A DNA stretch of 64,000 bases from Nitrospirota bacterium (GCA_021813405.1 JAKAKS010000024.1:53642-117641); one strand, 5' to 3'; positions 7,476-16,851 are shown, counted from the first letter of the stretch. Made by a program: numbers and translations. Notes: a model not told the origin generated them from the sequence alone.

Positions 7476-9813
7476 ATTAAACAGCATAGAGGACCTTAAA
7501 AAGCTAAGGCAAAACCTGTCTGAAAATCTGTTTGCGCCCGGCAAGGCAAGGGCCAGGGTGTGCTGCGGCACCGCCTGCACGGCATCGGGCTCCGCCAGGG
7601 TGATTGGCGCGCTTGAAGAAGACGCCGGGAAACGCGGCGTGGAGCTTGAGATAGTAAAGACCGGCTGCCAGGGCATGTGCCAGAAGGGGCCTGTGTTGAA
7701 TATAGACACGGCCGGCAACGCCATCTTCTACCAGAGGGTAACCCCGGAACAGGCGGCCTCCCTGGTAGGCTCAACGGTTGTGGGCGGCATCCCGTACAGG
7801 CAGGCCATGTACAGGCAGGACATCCTTTCGGAGCCTATTCCGGAGATGCTGAACCTCCCTTTTTACAAGAAACAGACAAGGATAGCGCTCAGAAACAACG
7901 ACAGGATAGACCCCACCAATATACTTCATTACATAGAGGCCGGTGGCTACGCCGGGCTGGAAAAAGCCCTTTCCTCGAAGACGCCGGACCAGGTGCTGGC
8001 AGAGATTGATAAGGCAAACCTGAGGGGCCGGGGCGGCGCGGGTTTCCCGGCCGGGCAGAAATGGCGGCATACGAAAAGCTCGCCCGAAAAGATAAAGTTT
8101 GTAATAGCAAACGGCGACGAAGGCGACCCCGGTGCGTTCATGGACCGCTCTATCATGGAGGGGGACCCGCACAGCCTGTTTGAGGGTATGCTTCTTTGCG
8201 CTTACGCCATAGGGGCAAAGTACGGCTTCGTTTACGTCAGGCACGAATATCCGCTTGCCGTGAAGCACCTGAACCACGCCATAAAAGAGGCCGAGGCCCT
8301 TGGGCTCCTGGGTAGTAATATCCTGGGCTCCGGCTTCGATTTCCACCTTGGCGTAAGGGAGGGTGCGGGCGCGTTTGTATGCGGCGAGTCCACCGCGCTT
8401 GTTGCTTCCATAGAAGGCGAGAGGGGTTTCCCCAGGCCGCGTCCGCCCAGGCTTTCCGAGCGCGGCGGCGGCGTTTGGGGCTACCCAAGCAACCTTAACA
8501 ACATAGAAACTTACGCTTGCGTGCCTCCAATAATCGAGAAAGGGGCCGCATGGTTCAGGGGCATAGGCACGGAGACGTCTCCGGGCACCAAGGTCTTCGC
8601 ACTTACAGGGAAGGTGAAGAACACCGGGCTTGTAGAGGTGCCGATGGGCATGACCCTGAGGGAGATAATCTTCGACATTGGCGGCGGGATCATGGGCGAC
8701 AAGAAATTCAAGGCTGTTCAGACCGGCGGGCCGTCAGGCGGCTGCCTGCCTGAAGCCTATCTGGATCTGCCCGCAGATTTCGACTCGCTCGCCAAGGCCG
8801 GTTCGATAATGGGTTCCGGCGGCATGGTGGTAATGGATGAGGACACCTGCATGGTGGACATCGCCAAGTACTTCCTGGCCTTTACGCAGTCCGAGTCCTG
8901 CGGGAAATGCCCTCCGTGCCGCATAGGCACGTACCAGATGCTTGAGATTCTGGAGCGCATAACCAGCGGCAAGGGCAGGCCGGGCGATATAGAGAGGCTC
9001 ATAAATATAGGCCACCAGGTGCAGAAAGGCTCGCTGTGCGGGCTTGGGCAGAGCGCTCCGAACCCGGTGCTAAGCACCATAAAATATTTCAGGCAGGAAT
9101 ACGAAGAGCACATTTACGACAACTATTGCCGCGCCAATGTCTGCAAGGGCACCGGGGTGTTTGTCATCAACCTTGCCGAGTGCTTCAGGTGCGGGCTCTG
9201 CAAGGCCGCCTGCGCTTATGACGCCGTAAAAGAGACGAGAAGCGGGTATTTCATAGAGCGTGAAAACTGCGTGCAGTGCAAGGCCTGCTATCAGGCCTGC
9301 CCTATCGGCGCAGTGAAGATAAGAAGGCACAGCGTGGTAAAAATGCAGGAACAGTTCAGCATACCGGCTGAGCATGTGGAAATATTGGAAAGGAGGGCCA
9401 GCATGACTCTGAAAGACCTGTTGAAGGCCAAACCCGGGAAAATAGTGACCAGCAGCCCGGATCAGCTGCTGTCCGACGTGGTCAAGACCATGGACGTTGA
9501 AAACGTGGGCTCCATGCTCATAGTTGATGATAAAGGGAAGCCAAAGGGCATTTTCACCGAAAGAGACATAATGCACTGCTTTGCAAAGGGCGTTGCGTTC
9601 AAGAGCACAAATATCTCGGAGGTGATGACCAAAGAGGTGGTTACCCTGGACGCCTCAACGGACATAAGCGTGGCCGTGACCCTCATGTCCGAAAGGAAGA
9701 TAAGGCACCTGCCCGTGATTGAGGATGACAAGGTGGCGGGCATTGTCTCCTACAGGGACCTGGTCTCCTATATGCTGCCGGAGGTCATTTTCATGGCCGA
9801 GGACATTTACTAA
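7468..9813 (+). CDS. NuoF/HydB-like NAD(H)/FMN subunit with N-terminal [2Fe-2S] domain, C-terminal 2x[4Fe-4S] domain and a terminal CBS pair
   Basis: Motifs found: GRGGAGFPAGQKW (FMN/NADH site), ESCGKCPPCRIG...LCGLGQSAPNP (N3 cluster), CFRCGLCKAAC and CVQCKACYQACP (ferredoxin), then two CBS-like units (VGSMLIVDDKGKPKGIFTERDI and IRHLPVIEDDKVAGIVSYRDL). Confidence 0.85.
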   Translation: MDRLNSIEDLKKLRQNLSENLFAPGKARARVCCGTACTASGSARVIGALEEDAGKRGVELEIVKTGCQGMCQKGPVLNIDTAGNAIFYQRVTPEQAASLVGSTVVGGIPYRQAMYRQDILSEPIPEMLNLPFYKKQTRIALRNNDRIDPTNILHYIEAGGYAGLEKALSSKTPDQVLAEIDKANLRGRGGAGFPAGQKWRHTKSSPEKIKFVIANGDEGDPGAFMDRSIMEGDPHSLFEGMLLCAYAIGAKYGFVYVRHEYPLAVKHLNHAIKEAEALGLLGSNILGSGFDFHLGVREGAGAFVCGESTALVASIEGERGFPRPRPPRLSERGGGVWGYPSNLNNIETYACVPPIIEKGAAWFRGIGTETSPGTKVFALTGKVKNTGLVEVPMGMTLREIIFDIGGGIMGDKKFKAVQTGGPSGGCLPEAYLDLPADFDSLAKAGSIMGSGGMVVMDEDTCMVDIAKYFLAFTQSESCGKCPPCRIGTYQMLEILERITSGKGRPGDIERLINIGHQVQKGSLCGLGQSAPNPVLSTIKYFRQEYEEHIYDNYCRANVCKGTGVFVINLAECFRCGLCKAACAYDAVKETRSGYFIERENCVQCKACYQACPIGAVKIRRHSVVKMQEQFSIPAEHVEILERRASMTLKDLLKAKPGKIVTSSPDQLLSDVVKTMDVENVGSMLIVDDKGKPKGIFTERDIMHCFAKGVAFKSTNISEVMTKEVVTLDASTDISVAVTLMSERKIRHLPVIEDDKVAGIVSYRDLVSYMLPEVIFMAEDIY

Positions 9814-9824
9814 GAGGTTTTTTC

Positions 9825-10421
9825 ATGGAAGAGAAGAAGGAATTAAAGGTTGACGACATAAAAAAAGAAGCCGAGGCCAATGCCTGCCCGGTGCAAAAGT
9901 CGCTTTTGTACATACAGGGGTTTCTTGAAGGCCCCATGTGCGGCAGGTGTTTCCCTTGCGCCATGGGCAGCTACGAGGCCCGCGTAAGGCTTTCGGCCAT
10001 AAAGGAAGGCCATGGTTCCGCAGCGGACCTGGCGGCGCTCAAGAGGATAGCCGGGGAGATGCTTGAGGCCTCCATGTGCAAAAAGGGCAAGGACACCGCA
10101 AGGTTCCTGGCCGAATGGATGGCCAGCCCTGAGTTTGGGGCGCACATTACCGGAAGGGTCTGCCAGACCGGCCAGTGCATTTCTTATGTCGAGTACCGGG
10201 TAAACCCGGACAGGTGCACCGTCTGCGGCTCCTGCAAGGATGTATGCAGGCACGGGGCCATTTTTGGAGAAAAGAAGAAGCCGTGGCTGTCGGGCTACCT
10301 GCCGTTTGAGATACGGCAGAAGAAATGCACGCGCTGCGGCGAGTGCATAAAGGTATGCCCGGAGGGCGCAATATTTATTACCAATTCGGCGGCTGGCCAG
10401 CCTGAGGGCAAGGCCGCCTAG
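9825..10421 (+). CDS. Stand-alone NuoF-type 4Fe-4S (NADH_4Fe-4S-like) domain fused to a 2x[4Fe-4S] ferredoxin
   Basis: MCGRCFPCAMGSYE ... SMC resembles the NuoF N3-cluster domain. It is followed by CTVCGSCKDVC and CTRCGECIKVCP. Confidence 0.6.
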   Translation: MEEKKELKVDDIKKEAEANACPVQKSLLYIQGFLEGPMCGRCFPCAMGSYEARVRLSAIKEGHGSAADLAALKRIAGEMLEASMCKKGKDTARFLAEWMASPEFGAHITGRVCQTGQCISYVEYRVNPDRCTVCGSCKDVCRHGAIFGEKKKPWLSGYLPFEIRQKKCTRCGECIKVCPEGAIFITNSAAGQPEGKAA

Positions 10422-10473
10422 CCGTATCAATAGCATCGGCCAAACGAGAATTATTCATTAGGAGGTTTTTCTG

Positions 10474-12501
10474 ATGGCGTCAACTGTTCGTTTGAAGATA
10501 AACGGTATCGAGACGGAAGTACCTGAGGGGACAAATCTTATAGACGCGGCTGGCGCGGCCGGTGTCCATATCCCCAACCTCTGCTATTTAAAGGGCATGA
10601 AGGGCATCGGCGCTTGCAGGCTTTGCCTTGTTGAGGTGGAAGGGATGAAGGCCCCGCTTACGGCCTGCACAACCAAGGCCAAGGAGGGCATGTCCGTTAT
10701 CACTAAAACGGAAAAGGTTGAGGAGACCAGAAAGTTCGTCATAGACCTTATCCTCTCGATGCACCCGCTGGACTGCATGACCTGCACAAAGGCCGGCGTG
10801 TGCCGCCTTCAGAGCTACGCCTACGATATGGGCATAAAGGAATCTAGCTTCAGCCGCAAGAAGATGGGATATGCCGTGGATGAGGCCAACCCATTCATAA
10901 AAAGGGACCCCGAGTATTGCATACTGTGCGGCAGGTGCGTGCGCGTGTGCAGGGACCAGGGCACAAAGGTGCTTGAATTCATGGGCAGGGGCGTGGGCTC
11001 CAAGGTAATAACGGCTGATGACAAGCCCCTTCAGGAGTCCGGCTGCACGTTCTGCGGAAGCTGCGTGGACGTATGCCCAGTCAACGCCCTGCTGGAAGCC
11101 GACAGGTGGAGGAAGGGCAGGGAGTGGGACTATGCCAAGGCGGATTCCCATTGCATGCTGTGCGGCATGTCCTGCGCCATTACCGCCAGTTCCAAAGACG
11201 GCAGGCTTGTAAAGATTAATGCAGCCGAAGCCGCCGGCTCCCAGGCCGGCCGGTTCATCTGCGCCCTGGGAAGGTTCGGGTTTGATTCCCTGGAGGCGGA
11301 TTCCAGGGTGCTTGCCCCCATGAAGCGGGTGGACGGCAAACTGGTTGAGATAAGCTGGCAGGAGGCGGAGCATATAGCCGCGGACGTCCTGAAAGACGCC
11401 GGCCCCGATGCGGGGTTTGTTTCCACCGCTGGCATCGTAAACGAAGACGCGCTTATGATGAAGAGGTTTTCAAAAGAAGTGGTGGGCTCGTTAAACGCAG
11501 CCTCCACGGCGGCCACATACGGCACGCCGGAAACACTGGAGCCTGTCCACGCGGACCTGGAATCGGCTGATCTCTTCGTACTGGTGGGGCTAGACACCAA
11601 CCAGTGGACCAGAACGCTTGCCGCCCTTGGCGCCGGCATAATGAAAAAGGTGAATGGCGGGGCGAAGCTTGTTGTGATAAACTCGCAGGACAACTCAATG
11701 TCATCCGCCGCCGCGGTGAATATCAGGGGTGATGAGCCTCAGTCATTAAAGGCCATTGTCCGGGGGCTTAACGAAAGAGGGATAAACGGCAACAAGGAGC
11801 TTGCAAAGAAGGTCTCCGGCGCGGAGCTGACTGACGAGACAAGGCAGGCCGCAGCCCTTTACGCCGAGGCCAAGGAGCCGGTAATACTTACAATCCCGGC
11901 CTTTTACAAGGCGGCCTCAAATCTTGCTCTTTTAAAAGGAAAGGCGGTATCAATACCATTCGAGCCAAACGCCAAGGGCGTAATGCTTATGGGGCTGGAT
12001 TCCGAGGGTAAAACCTACTCCGCAATGATAAAGGACGGCGGCCTGAAAGCGCTGTATGCGTTGGGCGAACTGCCTCTGGACGAGCGTCCGGCTGCGGGTT
12101 TTGTGATAGCCCAGTGCTCATATATGACAAAGCTGGCCAGCGAGGCGGACCTTGTTCTGCCGGCGGCCGCGGCCCTTGAAACAGAAGGGACGATAGTGGA
12201 CTATCTGGGCAGCCTTAAACGGGTATCGGCAGTTGCCACCCCGAAAGGCCAGGCAAAAGACCACAGCGCCATATTTACGGAAATAGCAAAGGTGATGGGC
12301 CATAAATTAAAGGCGATAACCGGCACGGAGGTAAAAAAGAACGTCTCCAGGGCAAAGCCCAGGACGCAACTGCACCCGTTTGCAAAAGAAGAAGGGCTGG
12401 AGACGGACCCGGCTGCGGTGCTGGACAGGATAAACGCCCCGGTTATACGGCACTCAAGGCTTCTCTGGCTGAAAGAGGCCAGGGTTACGCTTAAAGCGTA
12501 A
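10474..12501 (+). CDS. NuoG-like FeS subunit with a shortened molybdopterin-oxidoreductase-like C-terminus
   Basis: N-terminal [2Fe-2S] motif (CRLCLVEV...C), a His-ligated cluster motif HPLDCMTCTKAGVCRLQ, CILCGRCVRVC and CTFCGSCVDVCP, then CMLCGMSC...C (Molybdop_Fe4S4-like). Only about 450 aa follow. There is no in-frame TGA. Confidence 0.75.
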   Translation: MASTVRLKINGIETEVPEGTNLIDAAGAAGVHIPNLCYLKGMKGIGACRLCLVEVEGMKAPLTACTTKAKEGMSVITKTEKVEETRKFVIDLILSMHPLDCMTCTKAGVCRLQSYAYDMGIKESSFSRKKMGYAVDEANPFIKRDPEYCILCGRCVRVCRDQGTKVLEFMGRGVGSKVITADDKPLQESGCTFCGSCVDVCPVNALLEADRWRKGREWDYAKADSHCMLCGMSCAITASSKDGRLVKINAAEAAGSQAGRFICALGRFGFDSLEADSRVLAPMKRVDGKLVEISWQEAEHIAADVLKDAGPDAGFVSTAGIVNEDALMMKRFSKEVVGSLNAASTAATYGTPETLEPVHADLESADLFVLVGLDTNQWTRTLAALGAGIMKKVNGGAKLVVINSQDNSMSSAAAVNIRGDEPQSLKAIVRGLNERGINGNKELAKKVSGAELTDETRQAAALYAEAKEPVILTIPAFYKAASNLALLKGKAVSIPFEPNAKGVMLMGLDSEGKTYSAMIKDGGLKALYALGELPLDERPAAGFVIAQCSYMTKLASEADLVLPAAAALETEGTIVDYLGSLKRVSAVATPKGQAKDHSAIFTEIAKVMGHKLKAITGTEVKKNVSRAKPRTQLHPFAKEEGLETDPAAVLDRINAPVIRHSRLLWLKEARVTLKA

Positions 12502-12508
12502 AGATAAA

Positions 12509-12540
12509 GGGCCGTTTCCGGCAAACGGCCCAATAATTTT
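12509..12540 (+). terminator. Intra-cluster hairpin/terminator between the NuoG-like gene and acsB
   Basis: Perfect 9-bp stem, GGGCCGTTT (12509-12517) with AAACGGCCC (12523-12531), a 5-nt loop, then AATAATTTT. Confidence 0.55.
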
Positions 12541-12552
12541 GCCTGGAGGTAA

Positions 12553-12582
12553 TTGATTTAGATTTTTTCCGTCTAATATAAT
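12553..12582 (+). promoter_or_regulatory. sigma70-like promoter candidate for acsB-acsA
   Basis: TTGATT (12553-12558), an 18-nt spacer and TATAAT (12577-12582). A GGAGGAG Shine-Dalgarno sequence sits before the ATG at 12620. Confidence 0.5.
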
Positions 12583-12619
12583 ATACTGAATTACTTCACC
12601 ATCAGAAGGAGGAGTCCAG

Positions 12620-14818
12620 ATGTCCAAGCTGATCGCCGCTGGCGCCATACAGGGTGCTCGCGCTATGGTCGAAAAGGCCCGGGAGGCGCTTGAAAAGGCG
12701 ATTGCCGAAAAGGGCGAAGACTTCAAGTTCGAGTTTGTTGACACCGCTTTCTACCTTCCAATGATTTACGCCATGACGGGCTTTCCCGTCAAAACCCTGG
12801 CGGACATGAAAACGGCTCTCGGGTTTGCCGAGGAGCTTCTGCACGAATCGCCCGGCAGCGAAACCTGGCTGCCATATCTGGGCGAGGCCCTCGATTCCGG
12901 CATGGGAATGCTCTTTGCGGAAGAGATATGGCTTGCCGCGCGCACCGTCCTTGGCCTGGAACCGGCAGTGGACCCCGAAACCGGATACGTGTACAACGGT
13001 TTCATAACGGACACCATACAGAGAAACCTGGGCATCCAGCTTGTTGACGGCACCATGCCCGGCTTTGCCGTGATAATCGGGGCAGCCCCCGATGACGACA
13101 CCGCCGTAAAGATAGCCAGGGAGCTCCAGGAGAAAAACATCCTCACGTTCCTGTGCGGCAACGTAAACGGCAACAGCGTTACAAAACAGCTTTTAAGAAA
13201 AGGCGTGGAGCTTGGCTGGGACTCCAGGATTGTCCCCCTTGGCCCCGACGTGGAGCACGCCCTTTACGCGGCGGACTGGGCCATCCGCGCATCACTGATA
13301 TTTGGCGGCAAAAAGCCGGCTGATTTCAAGGCCCACCTCCTTTACCAGAAGGACAGGGTGTTTGCCTTTGCAATAGTGCTTGGCCCGTTAAACGATACGA
13401 TATGGGCCACCGGCGCCGGGGCCATCAATATGGGTTTCCCGGCCATAGCCGACACCGATATACCTGTTATACATCCCACCGGCGTCTGCATCTATGAAGA
13501 AGTGGACAAGGAACTGGACCACTCCAGGATAGTGCAGAAGGCCATCGAGGTAAGAGGCCTCAAGATAGTTGTCGAAAAACCCCCCATCCCGGTTGCCTAC
13601 GGCCCGGCCTTCGAGGGCGAGAGAATCCGCAAGGAGGACATGTTCATAGAGTTCGGCGGCCAGCGCACGCCGGCTTTCGAATGGGTGCGCATGCGCGAGA
13701 TGGACGAGGTGGAAGACGGCAAGATCACCGTGGTGGGCGACAACTGGAAGCAGCAGTTCGAGGCCGGCGGCAAGATGCCGCTTGGAATAATTATAGACGT
13801 GGCGGGCCGCAAGATGCAGAAGGACTTCGAGTCCGTCATCGAAAGGAAGATTCACCACGGCATAAACGAGGCCCAGGGGCTTTGGCACATGGGCCAGAGG
13901 GACCTGAACTGGATAAGGATAAACAAGGCGGCCAAGTCCGCCGGGGTCACGCTGGAACACCTGGGCAGCATCTTCACCACAATGCTGCGTTACAAGTTCC
14001 GCTCCATAATAGATAAAGTACAGGTCACCATATATACGCAGGAAGATGAGGTGAAAAAGCTGCTTGAGGACGCAAGAAAGTCCTACAAGGAAAGGGACGA
14101 GCGCCTTGGCTCACTCACGGACGAGACTGTGGACACATTCTATTCCTGCCTGCTTTGCCAGAGCTTCGCGCCAAGTCACGTCTGCGTCATATCGCCTGAA
14201 AGGCTTGGGCTGTGCGGCGCGTATAACTGGCTGGACGGCAAGGCGGCTTACGAGATAGACCCAACCGGCGGCAACCAGCCCATAACCAAGGGCTCATTGC
14301 TGGATTCGAGGTACGGCCGGTACTCCGGCATAGACGATTACCTGAAAAAGGCCTCGGGCGGCGCGGTTGAGAGCCTGAACCTTTACACCATAATGGAAAA
14401 CCCGATGACCAGCTGCGGATGCTTCGAGTGCATAGTTGCCATAATACCCGAGGCAAACGGCGTTATGCTGGTGCAGAGGGGGCATCAGGGGATGACCCCG
14501 GCGGGGATGAAATTCTCCACGCTTGCGGGCTCCGTGGGCGGCGGTATGCAGACGCCAGGGTTCATGGGCGTGGGCAGGAACTTTATCACCAGCAGGAAGT
14601 TTCTTGCCGGTGACGGCGGACTTAAGCGCGTGGTCTGGATGACCAAGAACCTCAAAGAGAGCTTGAGGGAGGCCCTCACGCAAAGGGCGGTTGAGGAAGG
14701 GGTGCCGGACCTGCTTGATAAAATCGCGGACGAGGACGCCTGCGAGGATTCGGAAAAGCTCCTTGAGCACCTTGCCAAGGTAGGCCATCCGGCCCTCGAG
14801 ATGGACCCGATGATATAG
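12620..14818 (+). CDS. acsB: Acetyl-CoA synthase (CODH/ACS A-cluster subunit)
   Basis: AcsB-type N-terminus, the A-cluster motif SCGCFEC, and bacterial AcsB size. Confidence 0.9.
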   Translation: MSKLIAAGAIQGARAMVEKAREALEKAIAEKGEDFKFEFVDTAFYLPMIYAMTGFPVKTLADMKTALGFAEELLHESPGSETWLPYLGEALDSGMGMLFAEEIWLAARTVLGLEPAVDPETGYVYNGFITDTIQRNLGIQLVDGTMPGFAVIIGAAPDDDTAVKIARELQEKNILTFLCGNVNGNSVTKQLLRKGVELGWDSRIVPLGPDVEHALYAADWAIRASLIFGGKKPADFKAHLLYQKDRVFAFAIVLGPLNDTIWATGAGAINMGFPAIADTDIPVIHPTGVCIYEEVDKELDHSRIVQKAIEVRGLKIVVEKPPIPVAYGPAFEGERIRKEDMFIEFGGQRTPAFEWVRMREMDEVEDGKITVVGDNWKQQFEAGGKMPLGIIIDVAGRKMQKDFESVIERKIHHGINEAQGLWHMGQRDLNWIRINKAAKSAGVTLEHLGSIFTTMLRYKFRSIIDKVQVTIYTQEDEVKKLLEDARKSYKERDERLGSLTDETVDTFYSCLLCQSFAPSHVCVISPERLGLCGAYNWLDGKAAYEIDPTGGNQPITKGSLLDSRYGRYSGIDDYLKKASGGAVESLNLYTIMENPMTSCGCFECIVAIIPEANGVMLVQRGHQGMTPAGMKFSTLAGSVGGGMQTPGFMGVGRNFITSRKFLAGDGGLKRVVWMTKNLKESLREALTQRAVEEGVPDLLDKIADEDACEDSEKLLEHLAKVGHPALEMDPMI

Positions 14819-14844
14819 ATAAAACAGGACACTGGAGGAAAAAG

Positions 14845-16851
14845 ATGTCTGAAAGCGAAAAAACCCCCGGTTTAAAAAAGAGCGCGAATGAGGCGGCCCA
14901 GAGGATTTTGCAATGGGCCAAGGAAGAAAGCGTAGGCACCTGCTTTGACAGGGCCGATAAACTCAAGCCCTGCCCCATAGGCCATACCGGCGCATGCTGC
15001 AAAAACTGCCACATGGGCCCGTGCAGGCTTACCGGCAAGAACGCCGAGGAAGAGGGCAGGGGCGTATGCGGCGCCACGCTTCCCACCATTACCGCAAGAA
15101 ACATGGTCAGGTCCATAGCGGCCGGCACCTCGGCCCATTCGGACCACGCAAGAGATATGGTGCTTACCCTTCTGGCTGTTGCCGAGGGCGAGGCAAAGGA
15201 TTTCCAGATAAAGGACGTTAAAAAGCTCCACAGGGTGGCGGGCATTATCGGAGTGCCAACCGAGGGCAGGGAGACAAACGCCATCGCAAAGGACGTGGCT
15301 CTTGCGTTTCTGGAGGACTTCAGGCGCACAAAAGGCGAGCTCAACTACATCAAGCGCGCCCCCAAAAAGACCCAGGAGAGATGGAAGAAATGGGGCGTCA
15401 CGCCGCGCTGCATAGACAGGGAAGTGGTAGAGGCCCTGCACAGGACCAACATCGGCGTGGACGCGGATCCGGACCATCTGCTTCAGCAGGGTGTAAGGAC
15501 CGCGCTTGCCGACGGTTGGGGCGGCTGCATGATATCAACAGACATAACGGACATTCTCTTTGGTACGCCGGAGCCCGTTAAGGCCGAGGCCAGCTTTGGC
15601 ATATTCAAGGAGGACGAGGTAAACGTGGTGGTGCACGGGCACGAGCCTACGTTTGCGGAAACCCTGGTGGACGTGGTGGGCGAGCCGGAGCTTGTTGAAT
15701 ACGCCAAGTCGAAAGGCGCAAAAGGTATAAACCTGGGCGGCATGTGCTGCACGGCAAACGAGGTGCTGATGAGGCATGGCATCCCGACGGCCGGCGGCTT
15801 TACCAACCAGGAAATAGGCATGCTTACCGGGCTTGTGGACCTGATGACGGTGGACGTGCAGTGCATAATGCCTTCGCTGGGCGAGCTTGCAAAGAAATTC
15901 CATTCAACTCTTGTCACCACATCCCAGAAGGCGAAGATACCCGGCGCCGTGCATGTCCCGTTTGACGAGCACAACGCCAAAGAGACGGCCAGGAAGATCG
16001 TGCGCATGGCGATAGACAACTTCCCGAACAGGAAGCCGGCCAAACTCCATGAGAACCAGAAGTTCCCGATGATCGGCGGCTTCTCCGAGGAATATATCCA
16101 GTACATGCAGGGCGGCAGGTGGAGGGGTTCTTTCAGGCCCCTTAATGACGCCATAATGGCCGGCAGGGTCAGGGGCGTTGTGGGCCTGGCCGGGTGCGAC
16201 AACCCCAGGATGGTGGCAACCGGCGTGCACCGCTACATTGCCATGGAGCTTATAAAGCAGGACGTGCTTATAGTCTCCACGGGCTGCGGCTCGGGCGCGT
16301 GCGGCACGGCCGGATATCTTACGCCGGAGACCGCTCTGGAGCAGGCGGGGCCGGGCCTGCGGGAGGTGTGCGAGGCCATTGGCATTCCGCCCATACTTCA
16401 CCTTGGGGCCTGTGTGGACAACTCAAGGATACTTACAATAGCTACCGCTATGGCCGCTGAGGGCGGGCTCTCCGATGAGATTGGCGGCATGCCCGCTGTT
16501 GGTATTGCGCCTGAATGGATGAGTGAGAAGGCCATCGCCATCGGCGTCTATTTCGCTGCGTCCGGCGTGCCGGTTATATTCGGCGGCGATTCGCCCGTGC
16601 AGGCCAGTAAAGAGGTCACCAGAATAATGACCGACGTCTGGCTCGAGCGCTTCAAGGGAGCGCTGCACTTTGAGCCGGACCCGGAAAAGATACTGGCCAT
16701 GGCCTTCGACTACATAGACAAGGCCAGGGAGGCCCTGAAGCTCAAGAAGTACGAGCCGGGCAGGTTCGGCGCCGAAAGGGTGCTTATGGACATGGCCGCC
16801 AGAAGAGAGCTGGAAAAACAGGCCAAGCCCCACGTGGGCATCGGCTACTAG
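14845..16851 (+). CDS. acsA: Ni-CO dehydrogenase catalytic subunit
   Basis: CPIGHTGACCKNCHMGPCRL cluster motifs and a CooS/AcsA-like length. It lies directly downstream of acsB. Confidence 0.9.
   Translation: MSESEKTPGLKKSANEAAQRILQWAKEESVGTCFDRADKLKPCPIGHTGACCKNCHMGPCRLTGKNAEEEGRGVCGATLPTITARNMVRSIAAGTSAHSDHARDMVLTLLAVAEGEAKDFQIKDVKKLHRVAGIIGVPTEGRETNAIAKDVALAFLEDFRRTKGELNYIKRAPKKTQERWKKWGVTPRCIDREVVEALHRTNIGVDADPDHLLQQGVRTALADGWGGCMISTDITDILFGTPEPVKAEASFGIFKEDEVNVVVHGHEPTFAETLVDVVGEPELVEYAKSKGAKGINLGGMCCTANEVLMRHGIPTAGGFTNQEIGMLTGLVDLMTVDVQCIMPSLGELAKKFHSTLVTTSQKAKIPGAVHVPFDEHNAKETARKIVRMAIDNFPNRKPAKLHENQKFPMIGGFSEEYIQYMQGGRWRGSFRPLNDAIMAGRVRGVVGLAGCDNPRMVATGVHRYIAMELIKQDVLIVSTGCGSGACGTAGYLTPETALEQAGPGLREVCEAIGIPPILHLGACVDNSRILTIATAMAAEGGLSDEIGGMPAVGIAPEWMSEKAIAIGVYFAASGVPVIFGGDSPVQASKEVTRIMTDVWLERFKGALHFEPDPEKILAMAFDYIDKAREALKLKKYEPGRFGAERVLMDMAARRELEKQAKPHVGIGY

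Noticed and set aside
6960-7724. 254-aa minus-strand ORF
   Set aside because: It is antisense to the NuoE-like gene and the start of the NuoF-like gene, and has no motifs.
10474-12501. Selenocysteine-containing formate dehydrogenase explaining the nearby selB
   Set aside because: It is a single uninterrupted ORF with no in-frame TGA, and the molybdopterin-like part is too short.
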